DNA from: a bacterium
GTDB taxonomy: Bacteria > Electryoneota > JAOADG01
Direction: 5' to 3'
Length of the DNA: 64,000 nt
Assembly (NCBI GenBank): GCA_963681965.1
Contig: OY820579.1
Coordinates: 3,904,001-3,968,000 of the forward strand
A program made the translations under genes and the position numbers. Positions 49,740-59,900 of the stretch are shown here, one piece after another (position 1 is the first letter of the stretch; every line of letters begins with the position of its first letter). The notes under the pieces are model-generated. The model saw only the letters and a list, made by a program, of their open reading frames with translations, was not told the origin of the DNA and ran no database searches.

Positions 49740-50794
49740 TCGACTGCCTGTTCGATTTCCAACATGGTTTGTACTACTCGTTCCGCCCCTTTGCCATCGA
49801 TCATCTTGCGGGCATTCTCACCTAGCTTCTCGCGCAATGGGTTATCGCGGATGGCATGTTGAATCACTCCCGCCAGCATTTTTTCCGTCATCAACCGTGC
49901 TTCACCGAGATTGATCGCAGCATCGTTTTCGATCAAACCAGCGGCGACGATATTTTGATTTTCCGCAGTGGTCATCACGATCATCGGTCGAGCCAGCGAC
50001 GCCAATTCCCAGCAAACACTTCCAGCAGCAACGATCGCCAGTTCCGATTGAGCGAAATACGGCTTCAGATTGCGAATTCCGGATAGGATCTCCACTCGAT
50101 GGTGAGCCGTTTTCACAAATGTTTCGACCAAATCGTGGTATTGAAATCCGGGACCGAGCACTACTTTTATCAGTAAATCGGGATCGTTTACATGACTCAA
50201 CGCTTTTAGTACTAGCGTGGTGTAATTGTTTCGATCGGATCCACCCATCAACACCAGTATCTGCTTATCGCCATCGGATAAAAATTCGGTCTTGATCCGG
50301 TATTCGCGACGCAACATCGCATAGTGAGTACCACTCAATACTTTACAATCGGTATTGATCGGATAATTCAAGCGGTCGGAAGCGGGGTTTTGATTGACTA
50401 GCAGGTCAGCTTGATATTCGGGAAGGTGAGCATAATCGTCGATCACGCAGGTCAGTAAGCCGATATTCCGCAAATTGGATTGGTATTCGGTATCGAACTT
50501 GTAACCATCGAGTACGATCCATGCGGGACGCTCGGTATGCGGGATTGCACAATATCGTTCGGTTAATTCACTGATTTCTGCGATTGCTCCGGTTTGCTTG
50601 AATATCGTGAGGTGACAACCTTCTTCCAGCAGCCACTCGCGAATCATCGGTAACATATCGCGGCAGAAAAATTCGACTTTTCCCCCGGCATCGCGCCAGA
50701 CCTGTGCTAGAGCGAGACACCGCATCACGTGACCGATCCCGATCTCACGATCGGCATCGACCCGGATCCATAACCAGCCATCGACGAAATTCAT
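49736..50794 (-). CDS. pseG: UDP-2,4-diacetamido-2,4,6-trideoxy-altropyranose hydrolase
   Basis: RVDA..IG.GHVMRCLALA, LDGY, IDD, MGGSD, AAGS..WE, AENQ, IDGKGA.RV; start 50794. Confidence 0.88.
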   Translation of the reverse strand: MNFVDGWLWIRVDADREIGIGHVMRCLALAQVWRDAGGKVEFFCRDMLPMIREWLLEEGCHLTIFKQTGAIAEISELTERYCAIPHTERPAWIVLDGYKFDTEYQSNLRNIGLLTCVIDDYAHLPEYQADLLVNQNPASDRLNYPINTDCKVLSGTHYAMLRREYRIKTEFLSDGDKQILVLMGGSDRNNYTTLVLKALSHVNDPDLLIKVVLGPGFQYHDLVETFVKTAHHRVEILSGIRNLKPYFAQSELAIVAAGSVCWELASLARPMIVMTTAENQNIVAAGLIENDAAINLGEARLMTEKMLAGVIQHAIRDNPLREKLGENARKMIDGKGAERVVQTMLEIEQAVE

Positions 50795-50805
50795 GTTTCC
50801 CCCGG

Positions 50806-51405
50806 TTACTTCCGTTCGAACAGCCACCAATGCGAGCGATCAAAGCCGTGTTGATCATCCCAGTATCCTTCGCGAACTAGCGATAAATCGGGAAATTGTG
50901 TGAGGTAGTGCTGTTTAAAGTTGCGCTTCCACAAGAGATTGGTATGATCGCGATAAGGAATTTCGGTTTCCTGTAGGTCAAAATATTCGATTGCGAGGAT
51001 GTACCGGTTCGACACCCGATAGATTTCAGCTAGCGCTTTCGGTAAATCCTGCAGAGATATATGGATCAAGACCCCGGCAGTGAAACTGAGATCGAAAAAT
51101 CGATCTTTAAAAGGAAGGTTGAACACATTTCCTTCCAAGGCATCGATATCCTCATTCTGTTTTGCCATATCGACTGCATAGCGGTTCGGATCGATACCGA
51201 TTGTCGACAATTCCGGAAAGATTCGCTTAAGGGCAATGAGATTGTGCCCCTTGTTGCAACCGACTTCCAAAACGCGCTCAAGCTGTAGATCACCGATCAT
51301 GGCTTGAAACGCGATCATCCGGTCTTGCCAGCGAACAGCATTCCGGTCGGTGTAGGCAACCCCGAAATCGCTCGACCATTCTTTTAATTGTTCCGTGACG
51401 GGCAT
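50806..51405 (-). CDS. Pseudaminic acid biosynthesis-associated methyltransferase
   Basis: TEQ..W..DFG..YTDRN, LEVGCN.G.NL, FDL.FT.GVLIHI, EY......YR.H...L.KR.F. Confidence 0.85.
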   Translation of the reverse strand: MPVTEQLKEWSSDFGVAYTDRNAVRWQDRMIAFQAMIGDLQLERVLEVGCNKGHNLIALKRIFPELSTIGIDPNRYAVDMAKQNEDIDALEGNVFNLPFKDRFFDLSFTAGVLIHISLQDLPKALAEIYRVSNRYILAIEYFDLQETEIPYRDHTNLLWKRNFKQHYLTQFPDLSLVREGYWDDQHGFDRSHWWLFERK

Positions 51406-51552
51406 AATTCATCCAATCGATGATACTTAGTTAACTCCACTCAACCAATACTAATTATTTATTAATAATTAGATAGCTAATATTCAAAGCAATAACTATA
51501 CAACTTCTTTGCATTTCAATAGAAATTAGCATACTTCTTCGCCTCCTTATGG

Positions 51553-51569
51553 AGCAAAGAGTACGCCAA
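51553..51569 (-). promoter_or_regulatory. Putative sigma54 promoter of the Pse operon
   Basis: Minus strand TTGGCGTACTCTTTGCT, GG-N10-GC spacing, about 150 bp upstream of the methylase gene. Confidence 0.65.
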
Positions 51570-51781
51570 TTATTGAAAGCATCTAATAACAAAGATTATC
51601 AGTAGAACTTGAGTAATTCTGCGAGGCTTTGATCAACGTTTTCCACTAACTAGGCAAATTTGACCTAGAGTGGAAACGAATGATCGAAAAACGAAGAAAT
51701 TGCTCGGTGGAGTTCGGTATCGAAAGGGATCATTCAAATCAGGTAAGGTTGTCAGGCTGAAGATTAACCTCCAATGAAGTA

Positions 51782-52084
51782 GTCAGGCTGATGGCTTTTA
51801 ACTATTTATCTTTACATCTTTGGTAGGGGCGGTTCGCGAACCGCCCGAAACGTGATGTCTGAAAGACATCACGCGAATATGAAAAATAAATCAATGTATG
51901 AATCCGGAAATATTTCTGCGTCATCAATGGATTAGGGCGGTTCGCGAACCGCCCCTACCATAAACACGCTGATTTGTCGATTCGATCTTCAATCCGCAAT
52001 TCTTGATAATATGATGCTGAGAATGGACTAAAGTAAACGCTACAGCGAAGTCAATTTATTTAGTTTTAAAGCCATAAGCCTGAC
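51782..52084. repeat. Nested inverted-repeat element containing an inverted REP pair (REPIN-like)
   Basis: Outer arms GTCAGGCTGATGGCTTTTAACTA / TAGTTTTAAAGCCATAAGCCTGAC; inner TGGTAGGGGCGGTTCGCGAACCGCCC (51821) and its inverse ending 51960; hairpin CGTGATGTCT-GAA-AGACATCACG. Confidence 0.75.
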
Positions 52085-52262
52085 CTCCGATAGTAGTTTA
52101 TTGTGGATAATCACCACATTCCGGGAATGAAAAGATGAGATATTACATCTACATTCAACATAGTTTTCCTGTTAGGTCACAATCGCTTATTTTAGTGCGT
52201 TCCAGTTGACCAAACAGTAGGTTTCAGCGGGGTTATTTCATACCGAAATTCGAAGGATATCC

Positions 52263-53630
52263 ATGAGCGACAGTATTTCCCGGCAGATTGCGCGATTCGC
52301 CTGCCAATTGAGTTACAAGGACCTGCCAGAAGCAGTTGTCACCGAAGTCAAACGTTATTTGTACGACTCCGTCGGGTGCTCGTTCGGCGGGTACCACACG
52401 AAAGACGTAAAAATTCTGCGCGACCTCTATCTAACGATGGGCGGCACGGGCGAAGCGACAGTATTGGGTTATGGCGATAAACTACCCGCCGTGAATGTTA
52501 CTCTGATCAATTCACTGATGATCCGCGCACTCGATTTCAACGACATCTACTGGCGTGAAGATCCATCCCACCCATCCGATATCATTCCCGCCGCACTTTC
52601 GATTGGTGAATTGGTGAATGCGTCAATGGAAGAGGTCATTGTCGCGATCGTGCTAGCCTACGAATTCGAGCAGCGACTGTGCGAATTCGCCGTTCCCGGT
52701 GTGCGCGAACGGAAGTGGCACCACGCGACTTTGACGCAATTCGTTTCGCCGATTGTCGCCGGTAAACTTCTGGGATTGACTGAAGACCAGATGGTCAACG
52801 CGATCGGTATTTCCGGATGCCACAGCCACACGATCGGTTGTCCGACAGCCGGCGGCTTGACGATGATGAAGAACACCGTCGATCCGATGGCAGTGCAAGC
52901 CGGTGTATTTGCAGCACTGATGGCACAGCGCGGTTATACCGGTACCGAAAAAGTGTTCGAAGGGAAAGAAGGATTCATGGAATGCTTCGGACCCGATTGG
53001 GCAATCGACAAATTGGTCGACGGTCTCGGAACAAATTACAAGATCCTCGAATGCGGTATGAAAGCATTCCCGACCGAAGCCTTGACGCATACGCACATCA
53101 CGGCGACGTTGAAAGCGATCATCGATAACAAAATTTATCCCGAAGATATCGAAGAAGTCGTGGTAACTACGATTGCGCGCGCCTGCGATATTCTCTTCGA
53201 TCAACACAAATACGAACCGAAGTCGCGCGAGACAGCGGATCACTCGCTGCCGTATTGTATCGCACGCGCCATCCTCGACCGGAAGATCACCACCCAATCG
53301 TTCAGTCAGGAAATGATCGATGATCCGAAATTGAAAGAAGTCATTTTCAAGATCAAAGGGGAAGCCAGTCTCGAATTCGAGCAGATGTTCCCGGCGAAGC
53401 AACCGTCGCGCGTGACGATCAAGACAAAAGCCGGCAAATCGCATTCGGTGTATCTCGAATACCCGAAGGGCGATCCGCGCGAACCGATGACGATGAGCGA
53501 TCTGGAAAATAAATTCAATGCGCTATCGGCACCGTTGCTTTCACCGGAACGTCAACGCGAATTACGCGACATGATCTTCTCGTGTGAAAAATTTACGACC
53601 CGCGATTTCATGAATAAAATCGTTGCCTAA
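52263..53630 (+). CDS. prpD: MmgE/PrpD family protein (2-methylcitrate dehydratase-like)
   Basis: R.LDFND...HPSD, WHH, ETADHSLPY, PKGDP..P. Confidence 0.8.
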   Translation: MSDSISRQIARFACQLSYKDLPEAVVTEVKRYLYDSVGCSFGGYHTKDVKILRDLYLTMGGTGEATVLGYGDKLPAVNVTLINSLMIRALDFNDIYWREDPSHPSDIIPAALSIGELVNASMEEVIVAIVLAYEFEQRLCEFAVPGVRERKWHHATLTQFVSPIVAGKLLGLTEDQMVNAIGISGCHSHTIGCPTAGGLTMMKNTVDPMAVQAGVFAALMAQRGYTGTEKVFEGKEGFMECFGPDWAIDKLVDGLGTNYKILECGMKAFPTEALTHTHITATLKAIIDNKIYPEDIEEVVVTTIARACDILFDQHKYEPKSRETADHSLPYCIARAILDRKITTQSFSQEMIDDPKLKEVIFKIKGEASLEFEQMFPAKQPSRVTIKTKAGKSHSVYLEYPKGDPREPMTMSDLENKFNALSAPLLSPERQRELRDMIFSCEKFTTRDFMNKIVA

Positions 53631-53641
53631 ATGCTGTTCCT

Positions 53642-53676
53642 GAGGCGGGAGCAATTCCCGCCTCGTTGTTTTTTTT
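53642..53676 (+). terminator. Rho-independent terminator
   Basis: GAGGCGGGA-GCAAT-TCCCGCCTC followed by GTTGTTTTTTTT. Confidence 0.75.
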
Positions 53677-53703
53677 GTTATTACCGAAGTAAGAAGTACC
53701 GCT

Positions 53704-56391
53704 ATGGATATTCACAACCTCGATCCCATTTTTCATCCGAAACGCATCGCGCTAATCGGTGTCAGCTCAAACCCTAACAGTGTCGGCGGCAAAGTACTTG
53801 CCAATATCGTCGGCAGCGGTTTCACCGGCGTGGTATATCCGGTGAATGCCGATTTCGAAGCAGTGATGGGGATCCAATGTTATCCCGATCTGAAATCGGT
53901 ACCGAATCTTCCCGATCTGGCAGTGATCTGCACCGGCGCCGAGAAAGTACCCAGCTTAGTGCAAGAGTGTGCCGAAATCGGGGTCTTGGGTATCATCATT
54001 CTCTCCGCTGGATTCAAAGAAGCGGGTGAAGCGGGAAAGAAACTAGAAGCCGAAATCATCGCAATTCACAATCAGTATCCGAAGATGCGGATCATCGGAC
54101 CGAATTGTCTCGGTGTGATTGTTCCCGGATCGAAATTGAATATCAGTTTTGCCTCGGGAATGCCGAAGGCGGGAAATGTCGCCTTTATCTCGCAATCGGG
54201 AGCACTCTGCACCTCAGTCCTCGATTGGGCACTGGAAGGGAAAGTCGGTTTTTCCTACTTCATTTCGATCGGCAATTCACTCGATGTAGAATTCGGCGAT
54301 TTGATCGACTATTTCGGAGACGACGAAGCGACACAATCGATCGTACTCTATATCGAATCGTTGCAACAAGCTCGCAAATTCATGACTGCCGCGCGCGCAT
54401 TCGCCCGCAGCAAACCGATTCTCGCATACAAAGCGGGACGGTTCCCGGAATCGGCGCAAGTCGCAGCATCGCATACGGGCGCATTGGCAGCGGAAGATGC
54501 CGTGTACGACGCGGCATTCCAACGCTCGGGACTCGCGCGGGTCTACGATATTGGCGATATCTTCGATGTCGTTGGTCTGATTGGACGTGGTAAATTTCCC
54601 GAAGGACCGAATCTTGCGATCGTTACCAATGCCGGTGGACCGGGCGTCATGGCGACCGATGCGCTGATTGCCGCCAATGGCAGTTTAGCGAAATTGAGCG
54701 ATTCCTCGATGGCTCAACTCAATGAGGCGCTGCCACCAATCTGGTCGCACGGAAATCCAGTCGATGTGCTCGGCGATGCCCGATCGAAACGAATTGAAAA
54801 AGCGACGCAAATCGTCATCAAAGATCCCGGGGTCGATGCCGTACTCGTTATTATCACTCCACAGGCGATGACGAATCCAACAGCGATTGCGAAAGTGATT
54901 GGAAAATTAGCGGAAACGACATCGAAACCGATTCTTGCCTCATGGCTCGGTGGCGAATCGATGCGTGAAGGGATGCGGATTTTAATCGAGAATGGTGTTG
55001 CTGCTTATCAGACTCCGGAACAGGCAATTCGCTCATTCATGATTCTCGTGCAGTACAACCGGAATCTGAAGACACTATACGAAACGCCACTCGATCTGCC
55101 AGTCAATTTCCAATGGGATCGCAAACAAAAGCGGGATGAGTTCGTTGCGAATCACTTCCCCGAAAAAGGGATCTTGAACGAAGAGATTTCGAAACGATTG
55201 ATTGAATCTTACGGAATTCCAACATCGATTCCGGAACCGGCTGCGACAGCCGAGGAAGCTATTCAAATCTCGGAACGATTGGGTTACCCCGTCGTCTTGA
55301 AAATCCACTCTCCTGACATTACGCATAAAACCGATGTCGGTGGCGTCGTACTGAATGTCGAAGACGCGGCAATGGTGCGCTCATCGTTCGAACGCATTGT
55401 TGACGGCGCCAAGGCAAAACGACCGGATGCACGGATCGAAGGTGTTACGGTACAGCCGATGATTCGCGCGAAAGATTCGCTGGAGTTAATTGTCGGAATC
55501 AAGAAAGATCCGGTGTTCGGTACTGTCATTCTGGTGGGTATGGGTGGCATTACCGCCGAATTGTTTGCCGATCGTTCACTCGGTTTTCCACCGTTGAATG
55601 AGCGTCTCGCGCGCCGGATGCTGGAATCGCTGCGAATCTACCCGCTCCTCACCGGTTATCGCGGGCGCGCTCCAGTGAATATGGAAAAATTGCTCGATGT
55701 GATTATTCGCCTTTCCTATTTAGCAGTCGATTACCCGGAAATCACCGAATTGGATATTAATCCTCTATTGGCATCACCCGGTAACGTAGTAGCACTCGAC
55801 GCGCGAGTTGTGATCGATCGCACTCCAATTTCGAAGGATGGCGATCCCTACGCTCATTTATCGCTGCGACCTTATCCGGAAAAATTCGTCAAGCGGATCG
55901 TTCTGAAGAATAAGAGTGAAGTTCTGTTACGACCGATTAAACCGGAAGATGAGCCGCATTGGATGAAATTGCTTGCGAGTTGCTCGAAAGAGTCGATTTA
56001 TTCGCGATTCCGGTACTTTTTCCATTGGGAATCGCATGAAGTTGCCAGTCGGTACTGCTATATCGATTACGCACGCGAATTGGCAATTGTTGCAGAAATC
56101 GAAGTCGATGGGGAACGCAAATTTGTCGGTATCGGTCGCTTGATTGCCGATCCGAACAACGACACCGCGGAATATGCCGTCCTGATTCAAGATGGCTGGC
56201 AGCACAAAGAACTGGGAAGTGTTCTGACCGATTATTGTATCGATGTCGCTCAGCAGCAATGGAACATTAAAAAGATTTATGCTCAGACGACTACCGACAA
56301 CCGTCCGATGATTGCAGTGTTTGAAAAGCGGGGCTTTACAGTCACTGTCGATGAAAGTGGCTCTGCGGTAGACTGTATTAAGGTATTATAG
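53704..56391 (+). CDS. ADP-forming acyl-CoA ligase fused to a C-terminal GNAT domain (Pat/YfiQ-like)
   Basis: GPNCLG, SQSGAL, SHTGALA, TNAGGPG, NPVD, HKTDVGGV, DINPL, then GNAT LRPIKPED..YSRF..IDY.RE. Confidence 0.92.
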   Translation: MDIHNLDPIFHPKRIALIGVSSNPNSVGGKVLANIVGSGFTGVVYPVNADFEAVMGIQCYPDLKSVPNLPDLAVICTGAEKVPSLVQECAEIGVLGIIILSAGFKEAGEAGKKLEAEIIAIHNQYPKMRIIGPNCLGVIVPGSKLNISFASGMPKAGNVAFISQSGALCTSVLDWALEGKVGFSYFISIGNSLDVEFGDLIDYFGDDEATQSIVLYIESLQQARKFMTAARAFARSKPILAYKAGRFPESAQVAASHTGALAAEDAVYDAAFQRSGLARVYDIGDIFDVVGLIGRGKFPEGPNLAIVTNAGGPGVMATDALIAANGSLAKLSDSSMAQLNEALPPIWSHGNPVDVLGDARSKRIEKATQIVIKDPGVDAVLVIITPQAMTNPTAIAKVIGKLAETTSKPILASWLGGESMREGMRILIENGVAAYQTPEQAIRSFMILVQYNRNLKTLYETPLDLPVNFQWDRKQKRDEFVANHFPEKGILNEEISKRLIESYGIPTSIPEPAATAEEAIQISERLGYPVVLKIHSPDITHKTDVGGVVLNVEDAAMVRSSFERIVDGAKAKRPDARIEGVTVQPMIRAKDSLELIVGIKKDPVFGTVILVGMGGITAELFADRSLGFPPLNERLARRMLESLRIYPLLTGYRGRAPVNMEKLLDVIIRLSYLAVDYPEITELDINPLLASPGNVVALDARVVIDRTPISKDGDPYAHLSLRPYPEKFVKRIVLKNKSEVLLRPIKPEDEPHWMKLLASCSKESIYSRFRYFFHWESHEVASRYCYIDYARELAIVAEIEVDGERKFVGIGRLIADPNNDTAEYAVLIQDGWQHKELGSVLTDYCIDVAQQQWNIKKIYAQTTTDNRPMIAVFEKRGFTVTVDESGSAVDCIKVL

Positions 56392-56423
56392 AATAGATAC
56401 TTCAAGTAAACGGAGAGCTTCAA

Positions 56424-56708
56424 ATGAAATGTCCGATATGCGATGAAACTCTTCATCTCGCCGATCGCAATGGAATCGAAATTGATTTTTGTCCGAAGTG
56501 CCGAGGCATCTGGCTGGATCGGGGTGAATTGGATAAAATTATTGAGCGTTCTAATTCACCGATCTATCAGCAGTACAATCCTTACTCCAATGGTAACGCG
56601 GATAAATCCAGTGAATCTCCTCGTCATTCCGATTCCAGACTGGATGAACACCGTGATGCGGATCACCAGAAGAAGCGTGGTTTTCTTGGTGAACTATTTG
56701 ATTTTTAA
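56424..56708 (+). CDS. zf-TFIIB zinc-ribbon protein
   Basis: MKCPIC..GIEID.CPKCRGIWLDRGELDKII..KKRGFLGELFDF. Confidence 0.9.
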   Translation: MKCPICDETLHLADRNGIEIDFCPKCRGIWLDRGELDKIIERSNSPIYQQYNPYSNGNADKSSESPRHSDSRLDEHRDADHQKKRGFLGELFDF

Positions 56709-56941
56709 TATATTAATTCTATTTTTAATCAATAGCCGCTGATCGATTGTCAGAGAGCTAAGCCACTACTCGGAAAATCTGGCTTTGCGATTGCGAATCG
56801 GTATGAATTTGTTCGTCAAATCATTATTGTATAGAAAATTGATTTCGATCACAGAAAAAAGCAATTTTGCTGTAGATTTGTTTGAATGATTTCGAAACGT
56901 ATTGTATGATTCCGATAGCACTGAATACTCGGGAGACCATC

Positions 56942-59900
56942 ATGTTACTGCGAGCCACATCCTTGCGAAAACTACCGACCCCCATTCTACACGCGTTGGT
57001 TGTTTTTTCCTTACTATTTACCGCGCATCCTTCGATAAGCCGTGCACTCACACCGGCGGATTACGATTTCGATGGCGTACCGGTTACAAATTCGATTCAT
57101 ATCAACGTGACGACACTCGGTGTCGGACATCTGTTCCTCCGGTTCGAAGCCCCGGCTATTTCGATGGAATCGGTTACTGCAAACGATCGCGATTGGACGC
57201 TAGTGAAGCTTGATGGCGAAGGGCGGATTTGGGAAACCGGGAAACCCGCACTACCAGCGGTGATGCGTGCCGTACGGATGCCCAATACCGGGAATGTAGA
57301 AGTACGAATTCGCAATGCTCAGTATCAGGATTATTACAATATCGATATACTTCCTCAGCAACCGTTTGCCGATGTCGATGCAACCGGAAATTCGCTAATT
57401 CCGCCTTTTGTTTACGATGATAAAACTTATTTATCCGATTCATGGTACCCCTCGAATCCATACTTATTAAACAATACCGCGATCATGCGCGATGCGCGAA
57501 TTTCTTTATTCAGCTATTATCCGGTGCAATATCAACCGTCAACGCGAACCCTGCGGGTGTACACGCAATATGAACTTGAAATAATTCCGGTCGGTGGTGT
57601 CGGTGTCAATGAATTGCTTTCCAGCCCCAAACCGGTCCCAAGTTTCGCATCGTTGTATCGGGATATTCTGGGTGCCGACGATTTAGTCGAAGACAATCTT
57701 GCAGCCACTCCGGGACAGATTCTGGTTATTGCACGCAGCAGTACTAGTACTACCGCGGCATTCCAGAGTTACATCGAATGGAAAACATTATCGGGACATC
57801 CGGTTCGACTCATGGCTCCCGCCAATCAGGGGTGGAGCACATCCGATGTAATGAGTGTCATTCAGACGGCATATACTACTTGGAATCCACCACTCGAATC
57901 GGTCATACTCGTCGGTGAAGGTGGCTCGACGATGCAATCATTGTACTTGCCGTCGTACATCGTTGGCGAAAATCTGGCAACCGATCATTCCTATATGCAA
58001 CTGGCAGGCGACGATATTCTCGCCGATGTTCCGCTCAGTCGCATGTCTACTTCTCAGATCTCGCAATTGCAGACAATGATCAGCCGCACGATCGGTTTCG
58101 AGAAAGCACCACCGATTTCCGATTCGATTTACTTTACTACCGGTTGGGGTTATGCCGGAGTTTCGCACGAAGTATTATCCAATCGACCGGCAGTGCGGTT
58201 TATGTTGGAGATGATGAATCGTCGCGGAGTCACGAATACCCGGTACGACGAACATAGCTCTTCGGTCAATTACACAACGATTCAGCAAGCAACGATGCAC
58301 TCGATTCTCTGGGCACATCGAGCGGCGTGGGTCGGTGAATTGGATCCCGCAAATTTCCTCACGTTCATGAATACGTTTCGACCATTCGTCTCGCTCAATC
58401 TGACCTGTGGCAGCGGAAATTGGTTCGGGGATCAGTTGACCGGAATAAACGAAGCGTTGATTCGCTCCGGTTCATCGGCACTACCAACCGGTGCGCTTTC
58501 TGGGATGTCGACGGAATCATCGGAAACCAAACCGGCATTTAACAATGTGGTTGCAACGGGTGTTTACTACGGATTTGGCGTGAATGACAACACCAACCCT
58601 GGATCGATGTATTTGGCTGGAAAATTCAATCTCTGGCGCAACTTCCAAGTAAGTCAAGCGGATCAGGTGACGAACTTCTCGCAATGGAACAACATCATGG
58701 GCGATGTCACGCCCTTGATCTGGACTGGTATGCCGAAGCGAGTGACTTGTACGATGCCGGATACCATCTCGCGCAATGCAACGCAAATGATCTGTAACGT
58801 TACTCGTAACGATGAACCGCTCGGAAAAGCCTTAGTGACAGCTTGGAAGCGCAATGCCACAGGTACGAACGAAACGTATGTACGCGTTACTACCGATGCC
58901 AATGGGAATGCAATTATTCCATTGACCAATCAAACCGACGGTGTCATGCTGATATCCGTAACCGGTAATCTTCCCGGACAAAATATTTATCCTTATGTCG
59001 ATTCTGTCCGAGTGCTTCGACAGTCAGTCGATTTGACCGTCGGCACGACAATCGTCAACGACAGCGATACCGGCACTGTCGGCAACGGTAATGGACAATT
59101 AAATCCGGGCGAAACGATCCGCGGTGCAATACAATTGACAAATTCGGGCGATGTTGCACTGACAAATCTTAATGCAGCGATTTCTTCCAGCGATCGTCGC
59201 GTTACGATTCTCGACACGAGCGTTTCTCTTGCCAGTATCGGAACCGGCAGTTCGGTTACGTTACCGTCGATCAGACTTCAAGTAGCTTCTACATACAGCG
59301 ATGGCGAGACAGTACCGCTCGCATTGAATATTACTACGACTCAGGGCAGTTTGAAGGTCTATGTCAACATTCCGGTTCGCTCGTTCCACCTGAATCTGGT
59401 AACAACCCATTTAATCAATTTTCCTGCGCTAGAACCGCAGATGATCAGCGATTTTGCCGTGACGGTCAACAACAGCGGTGGTTGGTATCCCAGCAGTGCG
59501 ACTTCGGCGGTATTGTATTCGTTGAATCGTGAAATCCGGGTTACCCGCAGTACGACTTCGTTTGCCTCACTTCCCAACAATGTCGATGTGACGAATTTAG
59601 CGACCGATCGTTGGGAAATTTCTACTACCTCGTTACTGGATCCGGGTCTACCAGCATCGATGATGGTTGTTTTCAGCAATGGGAGTATTCGCGACACAAT
59701 TCGATTCGATATTCCGGTAGTGGGACCATCCTCTTCACAACCAACCGGACCCGATAGTTACGGTTATCGCGCATTCGACATGAACGATATCGATTACGGT
59801 CAAGTTCCGTCCTACAATTGGCGCGAGATTATCGATAACAGCCTCGGGTATCGTCTCGATCTTCACGACGATGCCTACAATCGCGATTCCAGCGTGGTCG

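Noticed and set aside
56779-56795. Sigma54-like CTGGCTTTGCGATTGCG upstream of the C25 gene
   Set aside because: The spacing is right but the match to TGGCAC/TGGCGT is weak, so it could be chance
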